This document shows, in pieces, positions 47,214-56,518 of a stretch of DNA of 64,000 nucleotides. Source of the stretch: an uncultured virus (IMG/VR IMGVR_UViG_3300025770_000015) (Duplodnaviria > Heunggongvirae > Uroviricota > Caudoviricetes); IMG/VR virus record IMGVR_UViG_3300025770_000015. One strand, 5' to 3'. A program made the position numbers and the translations under genes. The first letter of the stretch is position 1; the number at the start of each line of letters is the position of its first letter. Under the pieces are notes generated by a model. It was given only the letters and a program-made list of their open reading frames with translations. It had not been told where the DNA came from and did no database searches.

Positions 47214-49292
47214 TTAAAATCTATACCTCAACCTAGAGTACCTAAGACCACTAGACGAGTTTCCTACACAAATCGCTACTGCGTCCTTATCTCCAATCAG
47301 CACTGCCTTATCCTTCGCTCTCGTGACAGCGGTGTAGAGCAAAGAGCGTTGTAAGAGGTTTGAACTATGTTCGGTGGTCATAGGCATAATGATGGTGTCG
47401 TACTCAAGACCTTGGCTCTTATGAACAGTCGTAGCATAAGCGAGTCTCAATAGCTTCCTTACTTGATCAGAAGGGATGTCTACGATTTGATCTTTTACAC
47501 CTTTGATGAGTACGCTCACGCTTGTTTTATCAATCGACCTAATACGACCTATATCACCATTATAAACATTGAGGTCATACTCATTCTTGGTGATCATAAC
47601 TCGATCACCTACTCGGATTGAATCTTTACCTACCCGAATGAAAGCACCTCCTATATCGGGGTTCAAAGCAGATCTAAGCTCTCTGTTAAGATTAGTAACA
47701 CCCACTTTGCCATGATGAGTAGGACTAACCACATGGAAATCTATTTGATCCATGTGAAGCTCTTTACACCGTCCCACAATTTCATCGAGAATGTCTTGTG
47801 AGGTATAACGATCAATGAACTGATAATCTTTATTGTGTTGTGGCACTTCACCTGCATGGATCTTGTGAGCGGCAATTGTCACCCCACTCCCCTCTCCTTG
47901 CCTAAAGATTTCTGTAAGGTGTTCTCTCGGTACTGCGTTCGACTCAATAAGTTCCGAAAGAACAAACCCTGCACCAACAGGTGGAAGCTGTGCTATATCA
48001 CCTACCATGATGACTCGACACTTGGGTGAGATGCCTTTCATCACACGCCACATGAGGTGTAAGTCAATCATAGAGGATTCGTCTATAATGACAACTGACT
48101 CTGGTCGAGGATTCTGAGGATTATGTCTCCATAGTTCTCGACTTGGGTCATTGCTATTGCCAATACCTTTAACTCCACTTTCTTCATCTTTCTTAACCCC
48201 TTCATAATCAGACTTGTCCTTCTTATCCTCTGAGGGCAATCCTGCACCGAACGCTCTATGGACTGTGAAAGCGTCCATATTGGTTAATGCACTAGCTCGT
48301 TTAGCGGCTATTCCTGTGGGGGCGATGAGTAAGATACTTTCTTTACGATCACGCAAGATTTTACAGAGCGTATTAAGGATAGTCGTCTTACCTGTTCCTG
48401 GTAATCCTGTCACGATTGAAAAAGGCTCTATAAGACCCTGTTGGATTGCTTTGAGTTGTGTATTGGTCAATGGGTAGCGTGAATATGCTTTAATGTCATC
48501 AATACTTATTGATTGAAGCATACTATTCACTCGGAGAGGAGATTTAATTTCTTCGGCAACAGCTACCTCCATTTTATGATAAGAAGGCAAATAAAGGGCA
48601 ATAGAGGAGTCTTGTGATATCTTATCTACCACAATGCGAGTCGGCTTCGCCTCTTTCATCGACTTGATGACTTGACCTATCTCTTTCGGGTTCGTCAAGC
48701 CTGTGAGGATAGCAGTATCTTTGAATACCGTATTTGTGTCTAAATAACAATGACCTTGATACACACCTTGAAGCATAGACCAAAAGATAGAGGCTTCAAC
48801 TCGACCTTCATTTTCTGGGTCAAAGTCCTTTTTAAGAAGCGTCTTAGCAATTTCATCAGCACCTTGAAAAGAGACACCTTTATAAACCAACGACCAAGGG
48901 TTTTTAGCAATAGAACTCGGAGATATTTGAACATCATTCCAAATAGAGTTTATGATGTTCAAAGGCACTCCTGCTTCAGACAGACTTGAGATAACCTCGA
49001 TGGACTCTTGCATAAGAGGGTCAGACCAATCTGCCCAACTGTAGAGAGCCGACCCTTTAAGATACTTAGGGTTAATCGGATTACGAACTATATCAAGGTT
49101 CTTCTTCCCATTACGCTTGTCGAGGACTTCCTTACCTTGAAAGGTAAATACTTGACCTTTTGAAACAGGGCCTGCAATCTTACCTTTGACCACGATAGGC
49201 TTTGTATCGGCCTCAGAAGCTACGATACACCTTAGAATATAATAAGGTGGGTTGGCAAAAATCTGCCCCAACACTTTGGCAACATAAAACAC
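47214..49292 (-). CDS. recD2: RecD2-like SF1B helicase
   Basis: GLPGTGKTT, IIDESSM, GDIAQLPPVG, YATTVHKSQG, LLYTAVTRAK; N-terminal NPW/ADEIA region. Confidence 0.88.
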   Translation of the reverse strand: MFYVAKVLGQIFANPPYYILRCIVASEADTKPIVVKGKIAGPVSKGQVFTFQGKEVLDKRNGKKNLDIVRNPINPKYLKGSALYSWADWSDPLMQESIEVISSLSEAGVPLNIINSIWNDVQISPSSIAKNPWSLVYKGVSFQGADEIAKTLLKKDFDPENEGRVEASIFWSMLQGVYQGHCYLDTNTVFKDTAILTGLTNPKEIGQVIKSMKEAKPTRIVVDKISQDSSIALYLPSYHKMEVAVAEEIKSPLRVNSMLQSISIDDIKAYSRYPLTNTQLKAIQQGLIEPFSIVTGLPGTGKTTILNTLCKILRDRKESILLIAPTGIAAKRASALTNMDAFTVHRAFGAGLPSEDKKDKSDYEGVKKDEESGVKGIGNSNDPSRELWRHNPQNPRPESVVIIDESSMIDLHLMWRVMKGISPKCRVIMVGDIAQLPPVGAGFVLSELIESNAVPREHLTEIFRQGEGSGVTIAAHKIHAGEVPQHNKDYQFIDRYTSQDILDEIVGRCKELHMDQIDFHVVSPTHHGKVGVTNLNRELRSALNPDIGGAFIRVGKDSIRVGDRVMITKNEYDLNVYNGDIGRIRSIDKTSVSVLIKGVKDQIVDIPSDQVRKLLRLAYATTVHKSQGLEYDTIIMPMTTEHSSNLLQRSLLYTAVTRAKDKAVLIGDKDAVAICVGNSSSGLRYSRLRYRF

Positions 49293-49406
49293 GAGAAGTC
49301 CTTTCTCTACTTAGGAGATCATTTTCTTGTGTTATATGATTTAACCCTAATACATCTAGCTGTTCGAGAGGAACTGCTCCATAGTAGTTGAACTCATCTT
49401 AGCCCC

Positions 49407-50003
49407 TTATTTTAAAAGATCGAACTCTTCTTTAGTTATATCTACTGGGTAGGGGTTGGGTTTGATGAGATGAGGATGGAACTCCACAAACATCGGCCCA
49501 TGACAAACCTTTTGGATTGCGTCAAGATTCTTCTGTGTGTCTTCCCAAACAGAAACACTTGTGATGTTTGGGTACTTCTTTAAGAGATCAAATACTAACT
49601 TGGCTTTATACCTCGCTGTCGATCCAGTTCCTGGCTTTAAGTGAACCTCATCAAAATCAAGACCCTTCCCCTTTAACAACTCTGCAACACGATAACGCAT
49701 CGCACCATTGTCATTAGGGCGACCTGTACACATGATCGCAAGAGTGTCCATATCAGAGATTGATCTCTTAGCCTCAGAAACAACCCCACCATACCAATAA
49801 TCCCCACTTGGCTTTTGAGGGACAAAAGGTTCACTCAAACTAATTGCCTCATTAAACCAATAGCCCATCTTTTTCTTCGACCACCACTCTGGTGGTTCGG
49901 GGCTTCTGAAGAGGGTATTGTCAAAGTCAAATATGTGAAGCTCAAGATTTTCTGAGCTTGTTTTCATATACTTTGTAGCAACTCTCGCAACAAGATTTCT
50001 CAT
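49407..50003 (-). CDS. HAD-superfamily phosphatase (RNA-repair HAD-like)
   Basis: IFDFDNTLFRSP, TGR, LKP, WED motifs after a basic leader. Confidence 0.8.
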   Translation of the reverse strand: MRNLVARVATKYMKTSSENLELHIFDFDNTLFRSPEPPEWWSKKKMGYWFNEAISLSEPFVPQKPSGDYWYGGVVSEAKRSISDMDTLAIMCTGRPNDNGAMRYRVAELLKGKGLDFDEVHLKPGTGSTARYKAKLVFDLLKKYPNITSVSVWEDTQKNLDAIQKVCHGPMFVEFHPHLIKPNPYPVDITKEEFDLLK

Positions 50004-50057
50004 GTTCGTTCTCCTTTAAGGTATTATAAACAATCAACAGTAATAAAGGATCTACAA

Positions 50058-50939
50058 ATGATTGTTATACTTTCTCCGACATCACAGTTAGCTACCGACA
50101 CTCTTAGGGTATCAAACCCTCCTGCATTATCAGTTGAAGCAGAATATGGAGGGTTCGTCCTTGAGGGTACAAAATACACTGCCGCTCACCATCAACCTCT
50201 AGGTTCTCCTTATGTTGGAAGACACCTCACACCCTTTGGTAGACCTGCCCCTTGTAATGATGCAGGCATACCGAAACTCAATGAAGATGAGGTCGCACTG
50301 ATCTCTCATATAGACATCGACACTCTAGGTGGGCTTATGCGAGCTACAGATCAGTTCGTGGATAATGGAGTCTTTTGGTTCTATGCTGAACATATTGACA
50401 CCAACGGAATCCACAAGGCAAAACAAGACCACCCTTGTTGGGTTCTATATAATGGATTAATTGCATGGATTAACGAGAACCACCCAGAGATAGACCCGAA
50501 AAGAAACAACGATGTAACCGATTTCTGCTATCAGGCGTTCGACTTCATTAAAGAAATGCTCACTGATGGTCAGATCGCTACTCAAATGGGTAATGCTCAT
50601 ATCTCTATTCAAGAAAAGCTCGATGAGTCTACCCTCGTAGAGATGCGACCCTGTGGCTTGATCGTTAGACGAACAAGAGGAGAAAAGGTAAATCATCTTT
50701 ATCGTGAAGAAAATGCAGTCATAACCTTCGATGAAAAGTATAAGAAGATTAGGATTTCTACTGCTGACCCCATTAAAAATCTATCTTGCAGACGACTCGT
50801 TCAAGAATGGTGGGGTGATCGAGCTGGTGGACATGATCAGATCGCAGGTTCTGCAAGAGGTCAAATCATGTCCGAAGATCAGTTTAAAGAAGCAATAGAA
50901 AGGTTTGAAACTGAACTGACTAGATCATTACAAAGGTAA
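50058..50939 (+). CDS. Hypothetical protein, possibly DHH-like phosphoesterase
   Basis: AHH, SHIDID and AGGH motifs; weak assignment. Confidence 0.5.
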   Translation: MIVILSPTSQLATDTLRVSNPPALSVEAEYGGFVLEGTKYTAAHHQPLGSPYVGRHLTPFGRPAPCNDAGIPKLNEDEVALISHIDIDTLGGLMRATDQFVDNGVFWFYAEHIDTNGIHKAKQDHPCWVLYNGLIAWINENHPEIDPKRNNDVTDFCYQAFDFIKEMLTDGQIATQMGNAHISIQEKLDESTLVEMRPCGLIVRRTRGEKVNHLYREENAVITFDEKYKKIRISTADPIKNLSCRRLVQEWWGDRAGGHDQIAGSARGQIMSEDQFKEAIERFETELTRSLQR

Positions 50940-50941
50940 AG

Positions 50942-51535
50942 CTAAAAACCCTTCTCTTTGAGTGTCTTCTTATACTCAGACCATGATCTCCTAAAGGTTA
51001 GCATGAAACCCTCAAGATCATCATAAAGACTAGATGGAGTGAGTACACCAGAGAGCTTAGGTAAACCCCAACCACCGTTAAAGAGATCCTGTAAAAAGTC
51101 ATCTGTAGATGTGTGGCCAGTATGTTCTCGTTCATCGCTGAAGTTGATCGAATACTCGACCATCTCTTCACCATAGCTAAACTCGATGTCGATCTGTAAA
51201 CGATCTTCATCACAGATCATCACACCACAAAAGTCACATTCTTCCTCTGTAGTTTCTTCGACTCGAAACCCAAGCTCATGTAGAACTTTGAGGAACGCAC
51301 CAATTGCGTAAAAAGTGTTCTGACCTTCTAGGATCTCATCAGTGACCCCACGAACACCATTACGCTTCTCAGTCATGGATTGCTCGATGAGATTCTGTCG
51401 AGCGTTTTCCTCGATAGCACACTCAAACATCAAACCATAAGTTTTAAAGGTATCGAGGACACCTTTTAGTGCTGTGTCAGCTTCAAGAAAGTCTGCGAAG
51501 ATGAACTTCTCGTCCTCTTGATAATCTTCTTGCAT
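50942..51535 (-). CDS. Acidic hypothetical protein
   Basis: GGAGG RBS; GTAACCCTTTAT at 51562-51573. Confidence 0.7.
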   Translation of the reverse strand: MQEDYQEDEKFIFADFLEADTALKGVLDTFKTYGLMFECAIEENARQNLIEQSMTEKRNGVRGVTDEILEGQNTFYAIGAFLKVLHELGFRVEETTEEECDFCGVMICDEDRLQIDIEFSYGEEMVEYSINFSDEREHTGHTSTDDFLQDLFNGGWGLPKLSGVLTPSSLYDDLEGFMLTFRRSWSEYKKTLKEKGF

Positions 51536-51634
51536 ATTGTCCTCCGTTCTAAGGGGTATAAATAAAGGGTTACAAATCGACCCTCATATCTACTAACGAA
51601 CCCTAGAACACAAATCGGACAACTTTTCTTCGAT

Positions 51635-52198
51635 TTATTTTTTATCTTGACCGAAATCCCAAGGTAAATCGTACATATCTTGACCCGAACGAGCATCTTT
51701 CCAACCGATCCTAGCTTGGAGTGAACCACGAGCGGGGATGATTTCTCCCTTTGCAAGAAGCTCGTTGCTGTATTTAGCTCCCACGCCATTGGTTGCGATG
51801 GTGATGTGAGGATCATCATTCTTAACAAGTCGAGATAGAGGGCCTTTAGGCTCTACAAGTACAGCCATCCCCTTATCATCATGTGCGTAGCCCACGATGT
51901 CTAATACAACGGGTTTGCCGATTAGATCAGCATAAGGTTCAAGAATGTTGGACTCGGCCCGACCTTCTCTCTTAAGAGCTTTCTTATCCTTTTTATCAAA
52001 GAACTCGATGGTCATGTGGTGAGCGGCAACTTTCCACCCCATTGCTTCGGGATCAAGACCTGCTTGATCCTGAAACCAATTAAGTAAGTCTCTCGTGTCG
52101 ATAACTGCTTCTGCAAACATAACACTTGCAGGTTTCTCTTCGGCAAGCTTCCTCATGTGTGTAGAGGCAACTCTTCGGATCATGCGATTGTAGTTCAT
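51635..52198 (-). CDS. 2H phosphoesterase
   Basis: Two HxT motifs: HHMTI and PHITI; basic N-terminal leader. Confidence 0.8.
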   Translation of the reverse strand: MNYNRMIRRVASTHMRKLAEEKPASVMFAEAVIDTRDLLNWFQDQAGLDPEAMGWKVAAHHMTIEFFDKKDKKALKREGRAESNILEPYADLIGKPVVLDIVGYAHDDKGMAVLVEPKGPLSRLVKNDDPHITIATNGVGAKYSNELLAKGEIIPARGSLQARIGWKDARSGQDMYDLPWDFGQDKK

Positions 52199-52346
52199 AT
52201 TAAACTCCTTTTAGGTTTGATTAAATGCATATAAACTAGAGCTTATAAACAATCTACAAATAGAGTGTAACCCCTTATCTATTGAGTTGTGTGGGAAAGG
52301 TATATAGACCGAACCCAAACCCCTTACTCCAAACAAGGAGATCCCA

Positions 52347-54473
52347 ATGAGAGTTTTCAAGAACAAGTTCGCTAAAAAATGCCAAGTCTGCTCAGTACGA
52401 GTAGATGAGGGTCAAGGCTTCACCTATCAGCCTAATGGTGGTGCTTATACCACCATCTGCAACTCATCTCAGTGTGTGGACGCAAGTCCTGCACAGGTGA
52501 AGGCTCTCCTCTCAGCACCCTCTGTGCGAGAGATCAACGCTCAAGGAGAGATCAAGATGCCCTATGAGGCTGAAGCTCTCCCCATCTTGCGTGGTATGCC
52601 AGGTGCGAGGTGGGATGGTGATCTGAAGTGTTGGACTGTAAGCCTCGCTCCGAAGGATCGTGAGCGTGTGATGGAAGGGGTTAAGCGTCTTAACCTCAGT
52701 TTCCCCATCGGGTTTGATGGTGTTCAGCACGACAGCACTGTCTTAGACGCTATCACTCGTGCAAAGAGTGGTGGGGCGTACACCTATCAGCTTGATGGTG
52801 TGAAGTTCCTTAGTTCTCACGAAAACTGCCTCCTCGCAGATGACATGGGCTTGGGTAAGACACTCCAAGCTCTCATGGCTATCGAAGAGGGTGGTCGAGC
52901 AATCGTAATCTGCCCTGCAACCTTGAAGCTCAATTGGGCGAACGAGGTTCGCAAATGGAGATCTGATCTCTCCCCAGTGGTCTGTAAAGGTCGCAAGGGT
53001 TTCAAACTCCCTCAAGCTAACGAGGTGGTCATCATCAACTATGACATCTTGCCTACCGAGATGACCCCTACATCTCAGTGGGGCGATGACTCTGAGAATG
53101 TGCCACAAGCGTGGCGTGATGTACTTGCAAAGACCGTCCTCATCGCTGATGAGGCACACCTCTGTAAGAGCCACAAAGCTATGCGTAGCAAGCGTACAAA
53201 GGTTTTGAGCAACCTCTGTCAGCGATCTTGGGCAATGACAGGGACTCCACTCTTGAGCAAGGGTTTTGACCTTTGGGGAGTGGTCAGCACCTTCGGAATG
53301 GGTCGCACAGTGTTTGGTGGATTCAAAGGGTTCATCAGAGACATGAACGGTTATAAGAACTATCATGGGGGGTATGAGTTCGGCACACCTAACCCATGTG
53401 TACCTGAGAAGCTCCGTAGGGTCATGCTTAGACGACTCAAGACAGAGGTACTCACAAGCCTCCCTCCTAAGACTTACCAAGATGTACTTGTCGAGGTAGG
53501 CTCAAAGCGTCTGCTCAAGATGAGTGAGAAGATGCTCAAGGCAATGAAAGAGCATGGCTCAAGCTCACTACCCGACTTTAGCGAGTTTAGTCGAATCCGA
53601 GCCGAGCTTGCAAAGTCTCGTATCTCTGCTCTTGAAGAGATGGTAGAGAGCTTTGAGGAGGCTAACGAGCCTGTGGTCGTGTTCTCAGCACATCGTGCCC
53701 CTATCGAAGCTATGGCGAAGCGTCATGGTTGGGCTGTCATCATGGGTGATACTCATCAGTCTGACCGAGAGGACGCAGTACAAGCCTTCCAAGCAGGTAT
53801 GCTCAAGGGTATCGCTTGCACCATCAAGGCAGGTGGTGTCGGGATCACGCTCACCAAAGCAAGCAAGATGATCTTCTGTGATCAAGAGTGGAATCCAGCT
53901 CTTAATCTTCAAGCCGAAGACCGTATCTGTCGTATCGGTCAAACGGCACAAAACCTTCAGTACATCCGACTCGTCAGCGACTGTGCTATGGATCTCCATG
54001 TCCTTAAGCTCATCGACAAGAAGAAGGCTCTCATCAAGGCTTCGATTGAGAAGGAATGTGGAGCTTTGACCTCTACCACTAGGACTAAGGGAGTGGCGAT
54101 CAAACAAGAGACTCGCTCAGAGCGTGATGCAAGGGTAACTAAAGCTATCGCACAACAGGCTCAAAATGAGGTTCTAAGCCAAATCCCTGTGTGGACTAGT
54201 GTAATCCCCTCAAAGATCCTCAATCGTTCAGTAGACACTAATATACAAGCTCAAATCATCACTGCAAGTGAGGCTCTCGATGGAGCGTGTGATGGAGCGA
54301 CTGATAAAGACGGAATGGGATTTAACAAACCCGATTCTTATGTGATGAAGAACATCAACTCAAGCGGTATGCTTCACGACCTCGACCAACAAGACCTCCT
54401 CAAGTACACATGGTCTAAGTTGATCAAATATCGAGGGCAAATCGGTCAAGTAGCACCAAGCCTGTTCATCTGA
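52347..54473 (+). CDS. SNF2-family helicase
   Basis: LADDMGLGKT, ADEAH, TGTP, QAEDRICRIGQ. Confidence 0.9.
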   Translation: MRVFKNKFAKKCQVCSVRVDEGQGFTYQPNGGAYTTICNSSQCVDASPAQVKALLSAPSVREINAQGEIKMPYEAEALPILRGMPGARWDGDLKCWTVSLAPKDRERVMEGVKRLNLSFPIGFDGVQHDSTVLDAITRAKSGGAYTYQLDGVKFLSSHENCLLADDMGLGKTLQALMAIEEGGRAIVICPATLKLNWANEVRKWRSDLSPVVCKGRKGFKLPQANEVVIINYDILPTEMTPTSQWGDDSENVPQAWRDVLAKTVLIADEAHLCKSHKAMRSKRTKVLSNLCQRSWAMTGTPLLSKGFDLWGVVSTFGMGRTVFGGFKGFIRDMNGYKNYHGGYEFGTPNPCVPEKLRRVMLRRLKTEVLTSLPPKTYQDVLVEVGSKRLLKMSEKMLKAMKEHGSSSLPDFSEFSRIRAELAKSRISALEEMVESFEEANEPVVVFSAHRAPIEAMAKRHGWAVIMGDTHQSDREDAVQAFQAGMLKGIACTIKAGGVGITLTKASKMIFCDQEWNPALNLQAEDRICRIGQTAQNLQYIRLVSDCAMDLHVLKLIDKKKALIKASIEKECGALTSTTRTKGVAIKQETRSERDARVTKAIAQQAQNEVLSQIPVWTSVIPSKILNRSVDTNIQAQIITASEALDGACDGATDKDGMGFNKPDSYVMKNINSSGMLHDLDQQDLLKYTWSKLIKYRGQIGQVAPSLFI

Positions 54474-54556
54474 AAGGAGAGCAAGAATGGATTTATAATA
54501 GCGTATTCATATAAGTATTAACACAACAACAAAACACTCTATAAGGAGAATCACAA

Positions 54557-56518
54557 ATGCCACACTCACCATTAACAGACAAAAACCCCACTCATTACTT
54601 GAAAAGGTTCGGGCGTGATGTCCATCCTTCTCAACACTTAAGAGAATTGGTACAAAACGCTATCGAGTCAGAAGCGACTAAGATTGACATCCTAAATGAA
54701 CCCACATTAGCGAAAAAAGACATCCTCAAACTTTGTGTTCGAGATAACGGTGCGGGTATGACCGCAAGCGAGATGTACAAATACCTTGGTTCGATGAACT
54801 CAAGTTCTAAGTCATCGAACTCAGACCCACACGAAAACTATGGGATTGGAGCTAAAGTTACAACTGCCCATAACAATCCTTATGGTGTGGTTTTTATGTC
54901 ATGGACAAAGGGTAATCCTGTGGGGAACTTGGTCTGGCTTTCACTTGAAAATGATCGCTTTGGAATGAAGTCATTCCCTATCACAGATGAGTTTGAAGAT
55001 GAAGATGGAGAGGTGTTCACTGAGACCTCAGACATTGTTTCTTACATTGACGGTAAAGCCACGAATGTAATCCCACTCCACCATGAAGACTATGGAGACT
55101 TTACTGTGGATGGAGTAAACTGGAATAAACATAAACCCAGATGTGGGCATGGTTCTGTCGTGGTTCTTATGGGTAAAAGTCTTGAGGACAACTCTTGGAC
55201 TGATACTGAAGGTAAACTTTATTCTGCTAGGGGTGTTTCTCATTATCTCAATCAGAGATACGCATATATCCCCAAAGACACAAAGATTAAAGTGCTAAGA
55301 GGCAAGGGTAAATTACAATTACGGGTAGAGGGTCTACTAGCGACTTTTAGAGCAAAAGGATTCCTAAAAAGCCAATCGTTCGTTGAATGTCCAGATGGAT
55401 TCAAAGTGGAAGTATTGATCACCGAAAAGCATTCTACTTGGAGAGAAAAACAAGGCAAAGAGTCTCGCAAACAGTTTGGAGGAAGCTCTCCATTACTCAG
55501 TTTCTTTGAAGTCAAAGACATTGAAAAGGGTTTTGTAGCTGTTCAATACAAGAGTGAAAAGACTACCGAACTTTATAATATACAGAGGGGGATTAATACT
55601 GCTAGGGATTGGGGCTTGAGTTGTGAATCAGTGATCCCAAATGTGAAGTTAATCGTACACCCTCCACAGTTAGATGATACTAATCAAACTAAGGGAGTCT
55701 ACCCGAATGAAGGTAGAGATCAGCTCTTGTGGCGAGACTATGGGAGTTTAAAGGGGTCGGGTCGTAAACTTGATCTTAGTAAAGTAAGAGAACACTTTAT
55801 TAATAATATGCCCCAAGAGTTGAGATCCTTGATCGACAATGCCTATGAAGGTTATCAAGGCAAGCAACTTGATATCACAAAGATCTTAAATCGCTGGAAA
55901 AGCATCTTTAAATCGAGAAATAATTTGGATGCTGTTATAGAGTCTCATGCTAAGGGAGATATTAACTTCGACCCCACAGGTATGGGGGGTACTAAAGAGT
56001 ACGACAAAAAAGAGGTTGGAGACTCTAAAGGGGGGGTGCGTAAAGGACTTGAGAGCGGAGGACATGGGCATACGGGGGATGAAGAGAATAAAAAAGGCAA
56101 GGTTAAAGGTAGGAAAAGAAAGACAAAGAAGCAAAAAGACATCATTATCAGGTGGGAAACTAAAAGAGACATTGGATTTGATAGTACCAAGACAGAAGAA
56201 AAGTTCCTCTTCTTTGCAGTGGAAGACACTGACAGGATCGTGGTAACTGGAAACCCAAACCATGACCTTATTAAAGAGGTACTAGCTTTCTTTGTGGTCG
56301 AGAATAAAAAAGTACCAAAAGTCTTCATCCATGAGACAATAAAAGAGGTATATGAGGGTGAACTTCAATCTTACATCTTACACCTTCTTAACTTCAATAA
56401 GAAGAAAGGCTCTTCTGTCACCCCTTATCTCACCCACGAGACATTACAATCTAAGTTTATGGGGTGTCATATGCTATGGGGGAAAATTTCAAGGAAGATC
56501 AACAATAGGTTTAGATGA
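54557..56518 (+). CDS. GHKL (HATPase_c) ATPase domain protein
   Basis: LRELVQNAIE, RDNGAGM, YGIGAK. Confidence 0.8.
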   Translation: MPHSPLTDKNPTHYLKRFGRDVHPSQHLRELVQNAIESEATKIDILNEPTLAKKDILKLCVRDNGAGMTASEMYKYLGSMNSSSKSSNSDPHENYGIGAKVTTAHNNPYGVVFMSWTKGNPVGNLVWLSLENDRFGMKSFPITDEFEDEDGEVFTETSDIVSYIDGKATNVIPLHHEDYGDFTVDGVNWNKHKPRCGHGSVVVLMGKSLEDNSWTDTEGKLYSARGVSHYLNQRYAYIPKDTKIKVLRGKGKLQLRVEGLLATFRAKGFLKSQSFVECPDGFKVEVLITEKHSTWREKQGKESRKQFGGSSPLLSFFEVKDIEKGFVAVQYKSEKTTELYNIQRGINTARDWGLSCESVIPNVKLIVHPPQLDDTNQTKGVYPNEGRDQLLWRDYGSLKGSGRKLDLSKVREHFINNMPQELRSLIDNAYEGYQGKQLDITKILNRWKSIFKSRNNLDAVIESHAKGDINFDPTGMGGTKEYDKKEVGDSKGGVRKGLESGGHGHTGDEENKKGKVKGRKRKTKKQKDIIIRWETKRDIGFDSTKTEEKFLFFAVEDTDRIVVTGNPNHDLIKEVLAFFVVENKKVPKVFIHETIKEVYEGELQSYILHLLNFNKKKGSSVTPYLTHETLQSKFMGCHMLWGKISRKINNRFR

